Of a DNA stretch of 39,495 nucleotides, positions 12,421 to 24,985 are shown piece after piece (the stretch's first letter is position 1; every line of letters begins with the position of its first letter). Position numbers and translations under genes: made by a program. The notes under the pieces are model-generated. The model ran no database searches. It saw only the letters and a program-made list of their open reading frames with translations, and had not been told where the DNA came from. The stretch comes from Octopus sinensis (Eukaryota). The DNA lies in contig NW_021835534.1 in assembly GCF_006345805.1 (NCBI RefSeq), positions 1 through 39,495 on the forward strand, given 5' to 3'.

Positions 12421-12461
<41 letters not shown>

Positions 12462-12960
12462 GAGTGAGAGAGCAGTGCATGCCATGAAAGTGACACTGGG
12501 GTAAAATATACGAAGCCCAATATACCCATCATGACTACCCGTCTGATAAAGGTACACCAGGCACATGCATCACAACCATATGTGCGCGACATGGTGATCT
12601 CATATCAAGATAAACAGCACATGACCTTGCAGGTGGGGCCCAGTTAGAATTTTCTGCAGGTTGAGTAGCCCATCCCGCTCAAAAGGTCCCTGAATAAGGG
12701 TTGTTTAAGGATGTTGAAAGAACCACCCATGTTTCCAGAGGTGAATTATTAAAACCCCAAAGAATCCCTCTCAACACATGGCTATGATGCTCCCCCACTA
12801 CTTCTGCTCGTGATCAGAGATGCACATATCGTCAGCCACTAAGGGACATGCTCAACTGGTTAAGGTCAAACAACTGACAAGCAAATCTGTGGTATTGAGC
12901 AGAATATTTGCTGTAGCCCATCTTTTATACCAAGACAAAACAATGTACATGATAACACTT
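12421..12960 (-). mobile_element. 3' UTR-like fragment of a non-LTR retrotransposon ending in an (AAT)n tail
   Basis: About 500 bp of non-coding unique-complexity sequence ending on the minus strand in ...CTCTCTCACTC(AAT)n. Resembles an abundant Octopus repeat as I recall it; the class is inferred from the tail. Confidence 0.4.
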
Positions 12961-12961
12961 T

Positions 12962-13220
12962 ATTCGAGCAAGACACTTTACTTCATATTGCTCCAGTCCA
13001 CTCAGCTAGCAAAATTGAGCACTACCTATATTTCATGGGGGCCAGCCTAGTCACATTCTGTGTCACGTTGGATTTTGTCACATTATGTGTCACGCTGAAG
13101 TATGAGGAGGGTACACGTGTCTGTGGAATACTCAGCCACTTGCGCATTAATCTCACGAGCAAGCTGTACCGTTGATCTGATCAACTGGAACCCTCGTCGT
13201 CTTAAGCGACGGAGTGCCAG
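12962..13220 (+). mobile_element. SINE family C variant, 5'-truncated
   Basis: GAGCAAGACACTTTACTTCATATTGCTCCAGTCCACTCAGCTAGCAAAATTGAG shares the body of 2845-3060. Contains a small internal duplication GTCACATT(C/A)TGTGTCACG. Confidence 0.6.
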
Positions 13221-13552
13221 TTTGGTTGCATATCGAAACATAGTATCACTATGAGTAACTAATATGTATATACCAGTGAACAGGAATGTGTTTTACATGT
13301 CATGTCTAATTGGCACATTCCGTTGTGATTCTCCATTTAATTTAGCGGTTAATTAAGCAATGGGCTCGTGGATGGTTAATAGGTTGAATGTAGTGCAAAT
13401 AACAGAGCAACAGTTCCTAAAATATGCTTATACAACCATTGCATATTTTTCTAGCTTCGATCTCATTGCGAACATACTCGTATTAGTTTACGAATCGTCT
13501 TTACTCTCAAGGCTGGTTCTAATTTACATATAATTTTTTTAGAAGGGATTCA

Positions 13553-13945
13553 GGCGCAGGAGTGGCTGTATGGTAAGTAGCTTGCTTACCAACCATATGG
13601 TTCCTGCTTTAGTCACACTGCGTGGCACCTTGGGCAAGTGTCTTCTACTATAGCCTCGAGCCGACCAAAGCCTTGTGAGTGGATTTGGTAGACGGAAACT
13701 GAAAGAAGCTCGTCGTATATATGTATATGTATATATATATATGTGTGTTCGTGTGTTTGTGTCTGTGCCCCCTAGCATCGCTTGACAAACGATGGTAGTG
13801 TGTTTACGTCCCCGTAACTTAGCGGTTCGGCAAAATAGACCGATAAAATACAAAGAATAGGTCCGGGGTTCGATTTGCTCGACTAAAAGTGGTGCTCCAG
13901 CATGGTCGCAATCAAATGCCTGAAACAAGTAAAAGAGTAAAAAAG
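13553..13945 (+). mobile_element. tRNA-derived SINE, family B, full length
   Basis: Head GGCGCAGGAGTGGCTGTATGGTAAGTAGC, internal (TA)/(TG) tract, GTTTACGTCCCCGTAACTTAGCGGTTCGGC, tail GAAACAAGTAAAAGAGTAAAA. Five further copies in the window align to it. Confidence 0.8.
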
Positions 13946-13984
13946 GATATATGTATGTCCATATATACAGACGCATTGTGATAA

Positions 13985-14275
13985 CGCATGGCTTTGTGGT
14001 TAAGGTGTTGCACTCGCGAGATTGTGGTTTCAATTCCTAGACCGGGTGGTGCGCTGTTTTCATGCGCGAGGCGCTTCATCTCACGTTGCTGTGCGATCAC
14101 TTCGACACCTAACGTGTCGTGCACAGTGCAATTGTTCAGACAACGTCGATTTGATGAAGAGAGAGCGATCTAATGTACGGCACATACATTTAATCACTAT
14201 AGTAAACAAGTCTTTTGTACAGGTGGTTTGGTAAAAGCTAAACTCTCATACGTCGTCTTCGACAGGAGAGTCCAT
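13985..14275 (+). mobile_element. tRNA-headed SINE, family C-related variant
   Basis: GCATGGCTTTGTGGTTAAGGTGTTGCACTCGCGAGATTGTGGTTTCAATTCCTAG resembles the family C head (A- and B-box-like), followed by CTTCATCTCACGTTGCT. Confidence 0.6.
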
Positions 14276-14754
14276 TTTTATGTGTATATATGTGTGTATA
14301 TGAATGCTTGTGTCTATTTAATAACAATGTAATTTAATGTATATATTCCTCTAATTTTTAGTAGGAAGCAATATATGGGGTGGTTGTGTATAATAGATCA
14401 TATCTAGTCTTGAACTAGATTCGTATTTAATATCTCATTGATTAAATTTATCGAGCTGGTGTTGGGAAATCACTGTGTTCATTATTCTGTCTCTTTTGAT
14501 TCCGGTTTGAAATCCTGCAGAGGGCAGCTTCCTTTCTCATTTGGATTGGGTAAGATTATGTAACAACCAAATACTGGTACTTATTTTATAGTCAATGGCA
14601 TTGATTGCTGGTCTTATCACTATATCAAAAACCTATATATCATTGATCATAGCGGCGTTAGAGCAGACAACATAAAGTTTTCGTTGAGTCCTTTATTGTT
14701 TCGGCAGCCCACGCATTAAAATTTCATTGAGTTATAAAGTTACTGATATACTGG

Positions 14755-14925
14755 TTTTAGAATTAGCCATAAGGCCATCAGTTTTATGGGACAGATAAGT
14801 CGATTATATCGCTGAACTGGGTACTTATCAATTCCGAAAGGATTAAAAGCAAATTCGACCTCAGCGGAATTAGTATTCAGAACGTAAAGACGGACGAAAT
14901 GCCTCGAAGTATTTACTTGGCATGC
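14755..14925 (-). mobile_element. SINE family A copy
   Basis: AAGTCGATTATATCG...GTACTTAT...GAAAGGATTAAAAGCAAATTCGACCTCAGCGGAATT...CAGAACGTAAAGACGGACGAAATGCC is the reverse complement of family A. Confidence 0.7.
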
Positions 14926-14929
14926 TATT

Positions 14930-15106
14930 TTAGGGTAGGGGTAAGTCGATTGCATTGCCTTCAGTGTACACTTGGTACTTATTTTATCATCTTCGAAAGG
15001 AAGAGAGGAAAGAGTAGATCTCGCCTGAAGTTGAGATCAGAAGATAGAGACGGACGAAATGCCGCTACGCATTTCGTCCGATGTTCTAACGATTCTGTTT
15101 ACTCGC
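14930..15106 (-). mobile_element. SINE family A copy, tandem with the previous one
   Basis: AAGTCGATTGCATTG...GGTACTTATTTTATC...GACGGACGAAATGCCGCTACGCATTTCGTCCGATGTTCTAACGATTCTG. Confidence 0.7.
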
Positions 15107-15147
15107 TGATATAAAATATATGAGTAAATATAGTTATGTTTATTCCA

Positions 15148-15510
15148 ATTTGACCCCAGGACTTATTCTTTGAGATCTTAGTACTTTCTCTATCGGTGTA
15201 TCTTGCTAAACCGCCAAGTTACGGGGGCGTAAACACACCAACATCGGTTGTGAAACGATGGTCTGGCGCGGCAAACACAGACACACAAACATACACATAC
15301 ACACACAAACAAACACACACACACATGCATAGACATACACATATATATATATATATATATGCGACGGGCTTCTATCAGTTTCCATCCACCAGATCCACTC
15401 TCAATGTTTAGGATAGCCCGAGGCTATAGCAGTAGACACTTGCTCAAGTTACCACGCAGTGAGACTATATCAGGAACCATGTGGTTGGGAAGCTTCTTAC
15501 CACACAGACC
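15148..15510 (-). mobile_element. SINE family B copy
   Basis: Reverse-complement match to 13553-13945: CCGCCAAGTTACGGGGGCGTAAACACACC, GAGGCTATAGCAGTAGACACTTGCTCAAG, GAACCATGTGGTTGGGAAGC. Confidence 0.75.
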
Positions 15511-15519
15511 TATATATAT

Positions 15520-15608
<89 letters not shown>

Positions 15609-16581
15609 AACACACACACACATGCATAGACATACACACATATATATATATATATTAGCATAGCTGTGTATACTTACATACATGTTTATTTACACACACA
15701 CACACTTATCCCACAAAACCTCCCAGAATTAAACACCAATATCGATGTAAATAATCTCCGCTGACAATGACTCTACAAAACCTTTCCAGAATACCAGAAT
15801 GAAGAACAACTCAAAAATAACGAGGCTATAATATAAAAATCCCAAACCTGGAAATCAGATGCGTATTCCTATCATCAACAGCCAAACGGATATCACTATA
15901 GTTTTGACGAATTACGTACATTTTCCGTCTCCCTTATTCTTCACAAGTCATTGAGAAGCCCAGGGATATGAAAAAGCTCTAGTCCATGTTGCCGAGTAGT
16001 GGAACCGAGCATGAGACCTTCTTGTCTCAAGGCCAGTATGTTGCATGTATGTGTGTGTGTTTATGCAAGTATGTCTGTGTGTTTATGTTAGTATGTCTGT
16101 GTGTTTATGTAAGTATGTGTGTGTGTTTATGTAAGTATGTGTATGTGTGCTTATGTCTTTGCATCCATATGCATATGTCATATAGCGGGGCAAAAATATG
16201 AAATTTAAATCGGTTGTGATAAAATCGGTCCAAAGAATAAAAGTCATTCAAACTGAAATGAATTCCAGGAGAAGTTCATTTTATGCGAATCCATAACTTC
16301 TTTACGGTTTTCTTGTATCTGATTTTCTTGTTTTGCTTTAAGCCATTTTCATCATTTGTCGTAAAAACCTATACAAATTAGAGCAGTACATGCGTGCACG
16401 CATGCTCGTGTATATATACAATGCATGTATACAAACACAGTCATTTCAAAATATATAAGCACAAAGACATAACCATCATCCCCAACAATACACATATATA
16501 TCGCGCACTATGAATATAAATATGTATGTGTGCCTATATACATACATACATACATACATACATACATACATACATACAACA

Positions 16582-16629
<48 letters not shown>

Positions 16630-17379
16630 ATATATATATATATATATTAGCATAGCTGTGTATACTTACATACATGTTTATTTACACACACACACACACA
16701 CGCACAAACACGCATACACTCATACACATACACGCGTATATATTTATGTATATACATATGTATATTTTCGTGCACGCTGCTATGGTAATCATTGCTTATT
16801 TTCGCTGCCAAAATCGTAGATACCCTCTTACAAGACATCGCATTTGCAATCAATGATAATAACAAAATGAAACCAGAAACATTTTTCTCTTTTGTCTTAT
16901 GCTGTTGAAGAAATAAGCGAATATTTGGAAGGAAGGAAAGAAAGGAGGAAGGAAAGAAAAGGAAAGGATTTAGGAAAGATAAGCGGTACTGACCAATGTT
17001 TTAGTAAAACTATCTATGAAAATCTTAGACTTACAGATACAGGAAAAAATGGAAGGCGAAGTAATATATAGAAAAATAAGGAGAAAAAGGAAGAGAGTAA
17101 GAGAAGGAGGGGAACGAAGAGGAGAAGACAGGCGGTAGTAATAAACATAAATTTGAAGTGAGATATGGAGGAAAAAATATATTCATATGTGTGGGAGTGT
17201 GTGTCTGATATCTGTTATATATGTCTATTTGAATTTACACCCACACACATACTCACACATCCACACACACGCGTATGCACGCACACGCATACGCACACCC
17301 ACACAAACACATGTATGTATCTCTTTCTCTCTCTCTCCATATATATAAAGGCACACACATCTGCATACACGCATATATG

Positions 17380-17413
<34 letters not shown>

Positions 17414-17469
17414 ATATTATTGGTGAATTGAAGAAATGGAGCTGAACGCAGATTGAACAGAAATCGTTT

Positions 17470-17561
17470 TATTTCATTCTACACGTGTTTCGAAAGGCAC
17501 ATTTACCAAAATCCGATTGAATAATGGGACCATATTGTGTCTTTCTCTTCAGGAAGAAATA
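17470..17561 (-). ncRNA. Type I hammerhead ribozyme motif, left arm
   Basis: UAUUUCUUC-CUGAAGA-GAAAG...CUUUC-GAAA-C-ACGU-GUA-GAA(U)GAAAUA. Stem I about 9 bp with one bulge; stem II GAAAG/CUUUC plus an extension. Confidence 0.8.
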
Positions 17562-17953
17562 GGAAATCCGTTGGAAAAAACAAAAACAGAACAGAGGCGG
17601 AGCAAAACTGACAGCCGAACGATCAAACGCACACACGTACACAAAAAATGTTTTCTACCCCTACGCCAGCACACACCTATATAGAACAGTATACACACAC
17701 ACGTCTCTAAGTAGATTTTTTCTCGCCCCTTATAAAACATCCAATATTCCTTAAATAGTCAGAACTTATTCTCGGTCACAAAGAACATCTACACACCCTC
17801 ACCCACATGATTGACCGATGCCTGACCCGTTAAATCTTCAGCCACCGGTTCTCAACATACACTGATAAACAGTTTCGCCATGGGCTCTTAGGAGCCTAGT
17901 TCGATTTGTTTTGCTCCGCCTCTGTTCTGTTTTTGTTTTTCCAACGGATTTCC

Positions 17954-18046
17954 TATTTCTTCCTGAAGAGAAAGACACAATATGGTTCCATTATTCAATC
18001 GGATTTTGGTAAATTGTGCCTTTCGAAACACGTGTAGAGTGAAATA
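17954..18046 (+). ncRNA. Type I hammerhead ribozyme motif, right arm
   Basis: Core CUGAAGA 17963-17969. Stem II GAAAG 17970-17974 / CUUUC 18020-18024, extended by CACAAU/AUUGUG. GAAA 18025-18028, palindromic stem III CACGUG, triplet GUA 18034-18036. Stem I UAUUUCUUC / GAG(U)GAAAUA. Confidence 0.8.
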
Positions 18047-18257
18047 AAACGATTTCTGTTCAATCTGCGTTCAGCTCCATTTCTTCAATTCACCAATAAT
18101 ATTTTAATTTCAATTATCCGCACCAACGCACGGTTGCAACACCATATGGTTGTACCTCCAACCGTGCTGTTTACTGCTGTGATTTTTGCTACCAAGGTAT
18201 CGGTTAAACTTTTGATTAATCTACTACAAGATTATTCATCTTTCTATTTCACATAAT

Positions 18258-18334
<77 letters not shown>

Positions 18335-18384
18335 ATATACATATACATATACATATATATATATATATGTGACCGCGTGTGTAC

Positions 18385-18590
18385 CTCCTCTCCCCGTTCT
18401 CCTCTTCTTCCTTCTCTTCCTCCTTCTTAATCTAACTACTACTACTACTACTACTACTACTAACTACTACTACTACTACTGCTGCTGGTGCTGCTGCTGC
18501 TGCTGTCACTGCTACTACAGCTACTACTCCCGCCACAAACACTACTACCTCCACCGCCACCTCTGCCACCACCACCACCATTACCACTCA
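18385..18590. repeat. Compound trinucleotide microsatellite (CTC/CTT)-(ACT)n-(GCT)n-(ACC)n
   Basis: Directly visible; explains the poly-T/Y/C/H and poly-L/P ORFs. Confidence 0.9.
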
Positions 18591-18991
18591 CATATTTTCC
18601 ACCTTTACAAGCTATTCGAACAATAACCGGAATGTACAATTTTCGTAACTCGGGAAAACAAAGAATAGAGACAAAATGTTGATGAAAATATAGGTAATTT
18701 CACTGAGGGACAAAATAACAGTAATTACTCCTGGTGTAGGGTCGACTTGACGGTCAAACATTCTCAAAATGTGTCGACAGAATTCTAGTGTTGAGTTGTG
18801 TATTACATCCAAATCCGATGTAATATAGATATACATTTGTATGTATGTATGTATGTATGTATGTACGTATGTATGTATGTATGTATGTATGTATGTATGT
18901 AGGCATGTATGTTTGTATGTATTTATGTATGCATGTATGTATGTAAACGTGTATGTTTATATATATATTCATGCACATATATCTTTTCTCT

Positions 18992-19036
<45 letters not shown>

Positions 19037-19769
19037 ATATATACATACGCACACATGCACATATACGTACACATATTCAGAACGATATGGATATAGGCAT
19101 ATACATATATACATAAATAATAAAGAGAGAAAGAGAGAGTGAAATCGAGAGAGAGAGAGATAGAGAGAGAGAGAGGGAGAGAGAGAACAAGAGCGTAAGC
19201 AAGACAAATGCAGATAGTGAGACGGAAATACATGAATGGAGTTTTATAATATGCGAGGGAAAATGCATGACAACGGATAATAAAGATGGCAGGCAAGGCA
19301 AAGAATTATTGGCGAATTATCTCAACAGATGTTTCATGAGAAAATGAGAGAGAGATAGAGATAGAGAGTTTGTGTGAGAGAGAGTGAGAGAAAAGAAAGA
19401 GATTGGGTAGATGATGGACATCGTTAACTAAGATAGAGTGAGTTTTCAGCGAATAAGACACAGCTTGGTGGAAAATATTGCGTATAAGAACAGCGATTTG
19501 CGAACACAGTTTGTCACCAATGTATCATGCGAGCAACTGCTAAATTGGTCGCAAGTCATCGCAGGATCTGTAGCTTATCTCTTCTGAAGTCAAATTGTAG
19601 TGTTTAAAACAAGGTAAAATCGAATATACTGTTAGAGATGATATAATGCATTTGAAAAGTAGATAGAACTGGCATGGTTAGCATGAGTTTGATCGTAGGG
19701 TTGCATGATTGGGTTCACCTAGGGTTAAAGAACAATGATAATATTGAAAGGATTGAGAAATTTTTATTG

Positions 19770-19922
19770 AATGAGAGAGAGAAAGACAACGAGGGATACC
19801 GGGGAAAGAGAGAGAAAGTGAGAGAAAAAGAGAGGAAGAGAGAGAGAGAGAAAGAGAGGGGAAGAGAGAGAAAGTGAGAGAAAATATAGGAATAGAGAGA
19901 GAAAGTGAGAGAAAAAGAGAGG

Positions 19923-19955
<33 letters not shown>
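19770..19955. repeat. GA-rich polypurine tract with internal repeats (GAGAGAGAAAGTGAGAGAAAA x3)
   Basis: Directly visible. Confidence 0.85.
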
Positions 19956-19956
<1 letters not shown>

Positions 19957-22589
19957 ATGTAGAGAGGTATAGAAGCTGAAAGATAGTGAGAGAAAGATGG
20001 TGAGTGAAGGAGAGAGGCGTAAGAGAGTGATACAAAATTCAAATGACAAATTAAGGGAGAGGTAGCGAGATTTGTTTGAGAATGTGAGGCGAATACGAGA
20101 GCGCAAGAGGAAGTGAAGTAAGAAATTAGTTGAAAAGAGAAATATATCGAGCTAAACAGAGCTAAAAAAGAAAAAGAAAAAATACAGAATTATTGCTTGA
20201 GAGGAAATAACATTAGGTGGGAATTATGGGAGAAATAATGTATTGTCGGTAATGACAAAAGACTAGAGGGGAAGAAAGTGGAGAAGACTGCAACATGGAT
20301 AGAGAGAAAGACTGATAAATGTGTGGATAGTCACAACGATAGCGAGCTAGCCAGATAGTAAGATAGACTTAGGTACACAGCTTAAGAAAAGATTGAAATT
20401 ATATTATTAAATACAAGGAAAACGGTCATACAGCTTGATAATATATAAGTGTGAGCGCTAGTGGGTGAGTGAGTATGTGTGAGTGTGTGTCTTATATGTG
20501 TGTGTGTGTGTGTGCGTGCGTGTGTCTGTGTGTGTGTGTGTGTGTGTGTGCGTGTTTGTCTGTGCTTTAACAACGCAAGGATAACGAATATATTTCCTAT
20601 TTCTTTGATGCTGGGCAGAGAGAAGGAAATCTTTATTTTACGTTTGGGTTTTGTAGGTTCTTCAACAGTGTGCAGAAAAGGAAAAGCACAAAATAAAAAC
20701 AAGGGAAAAGTGAAAAAAAAAAAAAACAGAAAATCTAAAAATTAAGAAATAACTTACAAGTAAAGTTCTACGTTTGACGAGGACGCCATTATAGAGAATG
20801 AAGCGGAAGTGAGAAAAATACGAAAGTGGGTTTTAACGTCAGAGAATTAACAGATGAAGTGAGGGGCAAGAACTTAGATTGCGTGTCTGAAATCGTGTGC
20901 GTGCACGTCTTTACGTATGCGCATGCGTGTGTGTGTGTTTGTATTCATGTGCGCATGCGTGTGTGTGTGTGTGTGTTTGTGTGTGCGTGTATGTGTGTGT
21001 ATGTGTGGGTGTATCCGTGAGTGGGTGTATTATATGCGTTTGTGTGTTCCGTATATGCGTGTATGACAAGTGCAGTTGTGCTTTTGTGAATAGTTTAAGT
21101 ATGCGTGTTTATCTGATCTATATCTGTGTTACCTTATAGGTATATACTGTGTGTGTGTGTAAGCGTATCAAGAGTACATGCGCACGCATTCGTTGGATTG
21201 TGTAGTTTGTGTAATAGAAATTTATTCTGGAAAAGAACATCTATGGAATTTAGTTGAGAATTAATCCGAATGATGCAGAAAGCATTTGTGTATGTATGTA
21301 TGTATGTATGTATGTATGTATGTATGTATGTATGTATGTATGTATATCTTCCGAACTGTGTATTTGTTGTGTTTCATCTATGTGTTTAGCTGACACTGCT
21401 GTATGTGATTTTGTCAAAACTATTGTGTACCTTCAGAAGTCTGTTTATGTGTGCTTGTTTGCGTTTGGTGTATAAGAGTGAGTGTGTGTGAGTATTTGCG
21501 CGTGTGTGTACGCGTGGGTGCGTATGTGTGCGTGTGTGACTGTGGCTGGGTGAGTACGAGCTTTTTTACTCGAATAATTTGTGTAAAAGAAAAGTATCTT
21601 TTAAAAACAAGGTTACGTACGGTAAAAGGTCTTAGAAATAAGTTTGCTTTCTTTGCGGAGGCGAGAGATAGGAGTCTGGCGTGCACGGCAAAACCAAAAC
21701 CGAAGATGTACCTTATGGTATAATCCACTGAAAGCAGCTGGCAGGTGATTCGTTTGCAGGAAGTGTGTGCAGGTGGTATTCTGTAATTTGTTATCCAAAT
21801 CCGCGACGAGTTCGCTTAATGTAAGCGGAAGCTTCCAGTACCATCTGACAGCAAAAGTGTGTGCAGGAACGTTATTAAGGGTGTATGAGCTGGTTGAAGG
21901 AAAAGGAGAAGCTACAGACTAGCAAATTACCAAATTGCAGGTCCACTGAAAAACGAAAAGATAAGTACCTGTGTCGGAAGTTTTGTAGAACATTGTACTT
22001 GAGAGATATTATTAAGGGTGAGAAGTGAGGAAGGGATATTATTCGTAGGAGGGATGCAAAGACAGAGGGCAGGGGTGCGGTAGACTCTGTGAACGAGGGT
22101 GAAGGGCGGTTGGACTAAGATTTGTCGTCACTCAAGTTCAGTAAATACCGAAAATAATATTGATACTGGGTTCTGAAGTCGTAGTCGTGGCTGCAGAAAT
22201 GTCGCAGGAAAATGAATTGTGAGTAGAGGATGGCATGCTTGGTGTAAAATCCATATATTCAATATATCATATATTCAAGCATTCCATTTTCAGACTTGCC
22301 TCGCTCGTCAGGTGCCAAAACTGCAGCATTCGAAACGATCGGAAGTTATTTTCCTCCTTTTCACTTTTCTACACACATGGATTGAATTCTTATGTTAATT
22401 TTCTGTCATCTTTATTCCAATATATAATTTCATCACATTTACAATTTAACCAACACACACACATACTCACGCTGTTCACACACGTGCATAGCACTTCAAA
22501 TATACAAATACGTCAAAAATATAATATCACATACATCTATCTACAGAATACACAGATAAAACACACATTTCTGGATACATAAAGATACT

Positions 22590-22679
22590 CTACCCTCGGG
22601 CCAACCAAAGCCTTCTGAGTGGATTTGGTAGACGCAAACATACTTATATATACACAGTATATATAAGTATGTATATATT

Positions 22680-22720
<41 letters not shown>

Positions 22721-22930
22721 CTGAGTTTGTGCCCGCCACCATCGCTTGACGACGGATATTGGTTTGTTTACGTTCCCGTAATATAGCGGTTCGGTGAAAG
22801 AGATCGTGAGAATAAATACAAGGATACTTACAAAGGATAAGTCGTGGGGGGATGGTTGACTTCTTGGATTGAAAGCGGTGCTCCAGCATGGCCGAAGTCG
22901 GATGACTGAAACAAATAAAAGAATAAAAAG
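22590..22930 (+). mobile_element. SINE family B, 5'-truncated
   Basis: CCTCGGGCCAACCAAAGCCTTCTGAGTGGATTTGGTAGACG...GTTTACGTTCCCGTAATATAGCGGTTCGG...GCGGTGCTCCAGCATGGCCG...GACTGAAACAAATAAAAG. Confidence 0.75.
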
Positions 22931-23444
22931 CAAAAAAAATACATATTATAGAAACCTACACAAGTACTTTCACTCGAGTAATCTTCATTCACATAACTCG
23001 CTACTCTTTGTTGATTCTCCGATAGATTAGTTTATTTTCCTCAGTTTCCACCTAATTCTCAGGTAATAGCGTCTCCGTAAAACATACACACGAAGCCAGT
23101 TCTTCTTCTCTATAATCCTGCTCCTCCCCATCCTCCTGCACTTCCTCCTCCTCTCACTGATCTTCACCTCTTCTCCCACTTCCCCTCCTCTCTCCTTTTT
23201 TGTTTTGTTTTTTGTTTCTTACCCACTTTTTTTCAGATTATTACTAAGTTTCACCGTATTTATTCATCGTCATTGTGTCATTGTGTTGTTATAATTATAT
23301 TCTCGAATAGTTTCTTCTCCACGCTGACGAGGACAACACCCGTCGGTATACATTCACTTCCTTTACTTTCTAGATTAACTATTCCCACATGGACCACCAC
23401 CTCGGATTAGTTTGGATATACAAGTGTCTGTTCTTCTGTATCGT

Positions 23445-23589
23445 CCTTCTTTTTTTCTTTCTTTCTTTCTTTCTTTATTATTTCCTTCCTTCCTTCCTTC
23501 CTTTCTTTCTTTTTTTCTTTCTTTCTTTCTGTCTGTCTCTCTCTCTTTCCTTCTTTCTTTCTCTCTTTCTTTCTTTCTTTCTTTCTTTT

Positions 23590-23624
<35 letters not shown>

Positions 23625-23625
23625 C
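23445..23625. repeat. (CTTT)n/(CCTT)n polypyrimidine microsatellite
   Basis: Directly visible. Confidence 0.9.
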
Positions 23626-23763
23626 ACCTTATCTGCCTGCTTGTCTTTCTCTCTCTACCTCTCTCATCCCCCACCGTCTCTCGCTCTCTCTATATACGTA
23701 CATACGTACATACATCTATTTACAAATATGCATAGACATACACGCATACGTATGTATATCCAT

Positions 23764-23794
<31 letters not shown>

Positions 23795-24523
23795 ACAACA
23801 ACAACAGCACAACAACAACACACACACACACACACACACACACCATGCATATATAGATAGCTAACTAGTAGATAAAAACAGATATATTATAGATGAACTG
23901 ATAAACAAACTGCGATGACAGAAAGAAATAGAAACATCGTTGTTTGTGTGAGGCAGAAAGAAATAGGAAGAAATTCGTGAGAAGAAAATACCATACAATA
24001 AATAGCAGCATACTATTCAAAATATTTCGTTCATTTTTCTTCTTTTGTTTTTACTGTTTTGACACCCTTTAGAATCGTTGTCAGTCAGCAGCATAAATAT
24101 GTAATAGAGTGTCCAATATATATTTATAAGTAACTGATTTTTATAGTGATGAATCTAAAGTGTTTATTTTCCAGAAAGCGAAGCAGTTATAGTCATCCGT
24201 TTAAATATTATATAAACAGAAATACACATAATTCAAACACGCATACACACATGCATACACGCACGCGTATAAAGAAAACTAGGTATAGATTTAGATTCAT
24301 AGATACCTATGTATATACATATATGTGTGTTTGGGTGTGTGTTTGTGGTGTGTGTGTGTGTGTGTGCGCGTGCACATAGGTATACATATATTTATAGAAA
24401 AGGAGATTTAAGGATAAAGAGGATAAAGACAGGTACCAATAACAATAGCTATAGAACTAGTTATCTCCTCCCTCTCACTATATATGTATATGTATGTATA
24501 TATATATATATAATACTATATAT

Positions 24524-24555
<32 letters not shown>

Positions 24556-24784
24556 ATATGTATGTATGTATATATATATAATAATATATATATATATATA
24601 CATATATGTATGTATACGCACATATACACATGGACATTTATATGCACGTATTAATTCATTTAATAATGGTTCGCGAAGTAGATCGCATACAATTTTATAT
24701 ACTATACTTTGATACTTTGTATGGTTTCGGCCATTATTGCCCAGGCCATGCTAACTTAATAGCATATATATATATATATATATA

Positions 24785-24985
24785 TTTTCTACTCTAGCAC
24801 AAGGCCCGAAATTTTGGGAGGAAGGTACCAGTCGATTAAATCGATCCCATACGTAACGGCTACTTATTTAATCGACCCCGAAAGGATGAAAAGCTAAATA
24901 GACGTCGGCGGAATTTGAACTCAGAACGTAGACAGACGAAATACGACTAAGCATTTCGCCCGGCGCGATAACGATTCTGCCAGCG
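24785..24985 (-). mobile_element. SINE family A, near full length
   Basis: CACAAGGCCCGAAATTTT...TCGACCCCGAAAGGATGAAAAG...GGCGGAATTTGAACTCAGAACGTAGACAGACGAAATAC...AACGATTCTGCCAGC. Confidence 0.8.

Larger units (their letters stand above)
17414..18102. mobile_element. Inverted pair of hammerhead-bearing pseudo-LTRs (Penelope-like element remnant)
   Basis: 195-bp arms 17414-17608 and 17908-18102 are reverse complements with 4 differences seen (2 substitutions, 2 single-base indels). The spacer is 299 bp and each arm carries a hammerhead. Confidence 0.75.

Noticed and set aside
21640-22260. Non-repetitive stretch with a repeated AAGTGTGTGCAGG and E-box words
   Set aside because: No open frame of note on either strand, and two short motif repeats are insufficient to call an enhancer.
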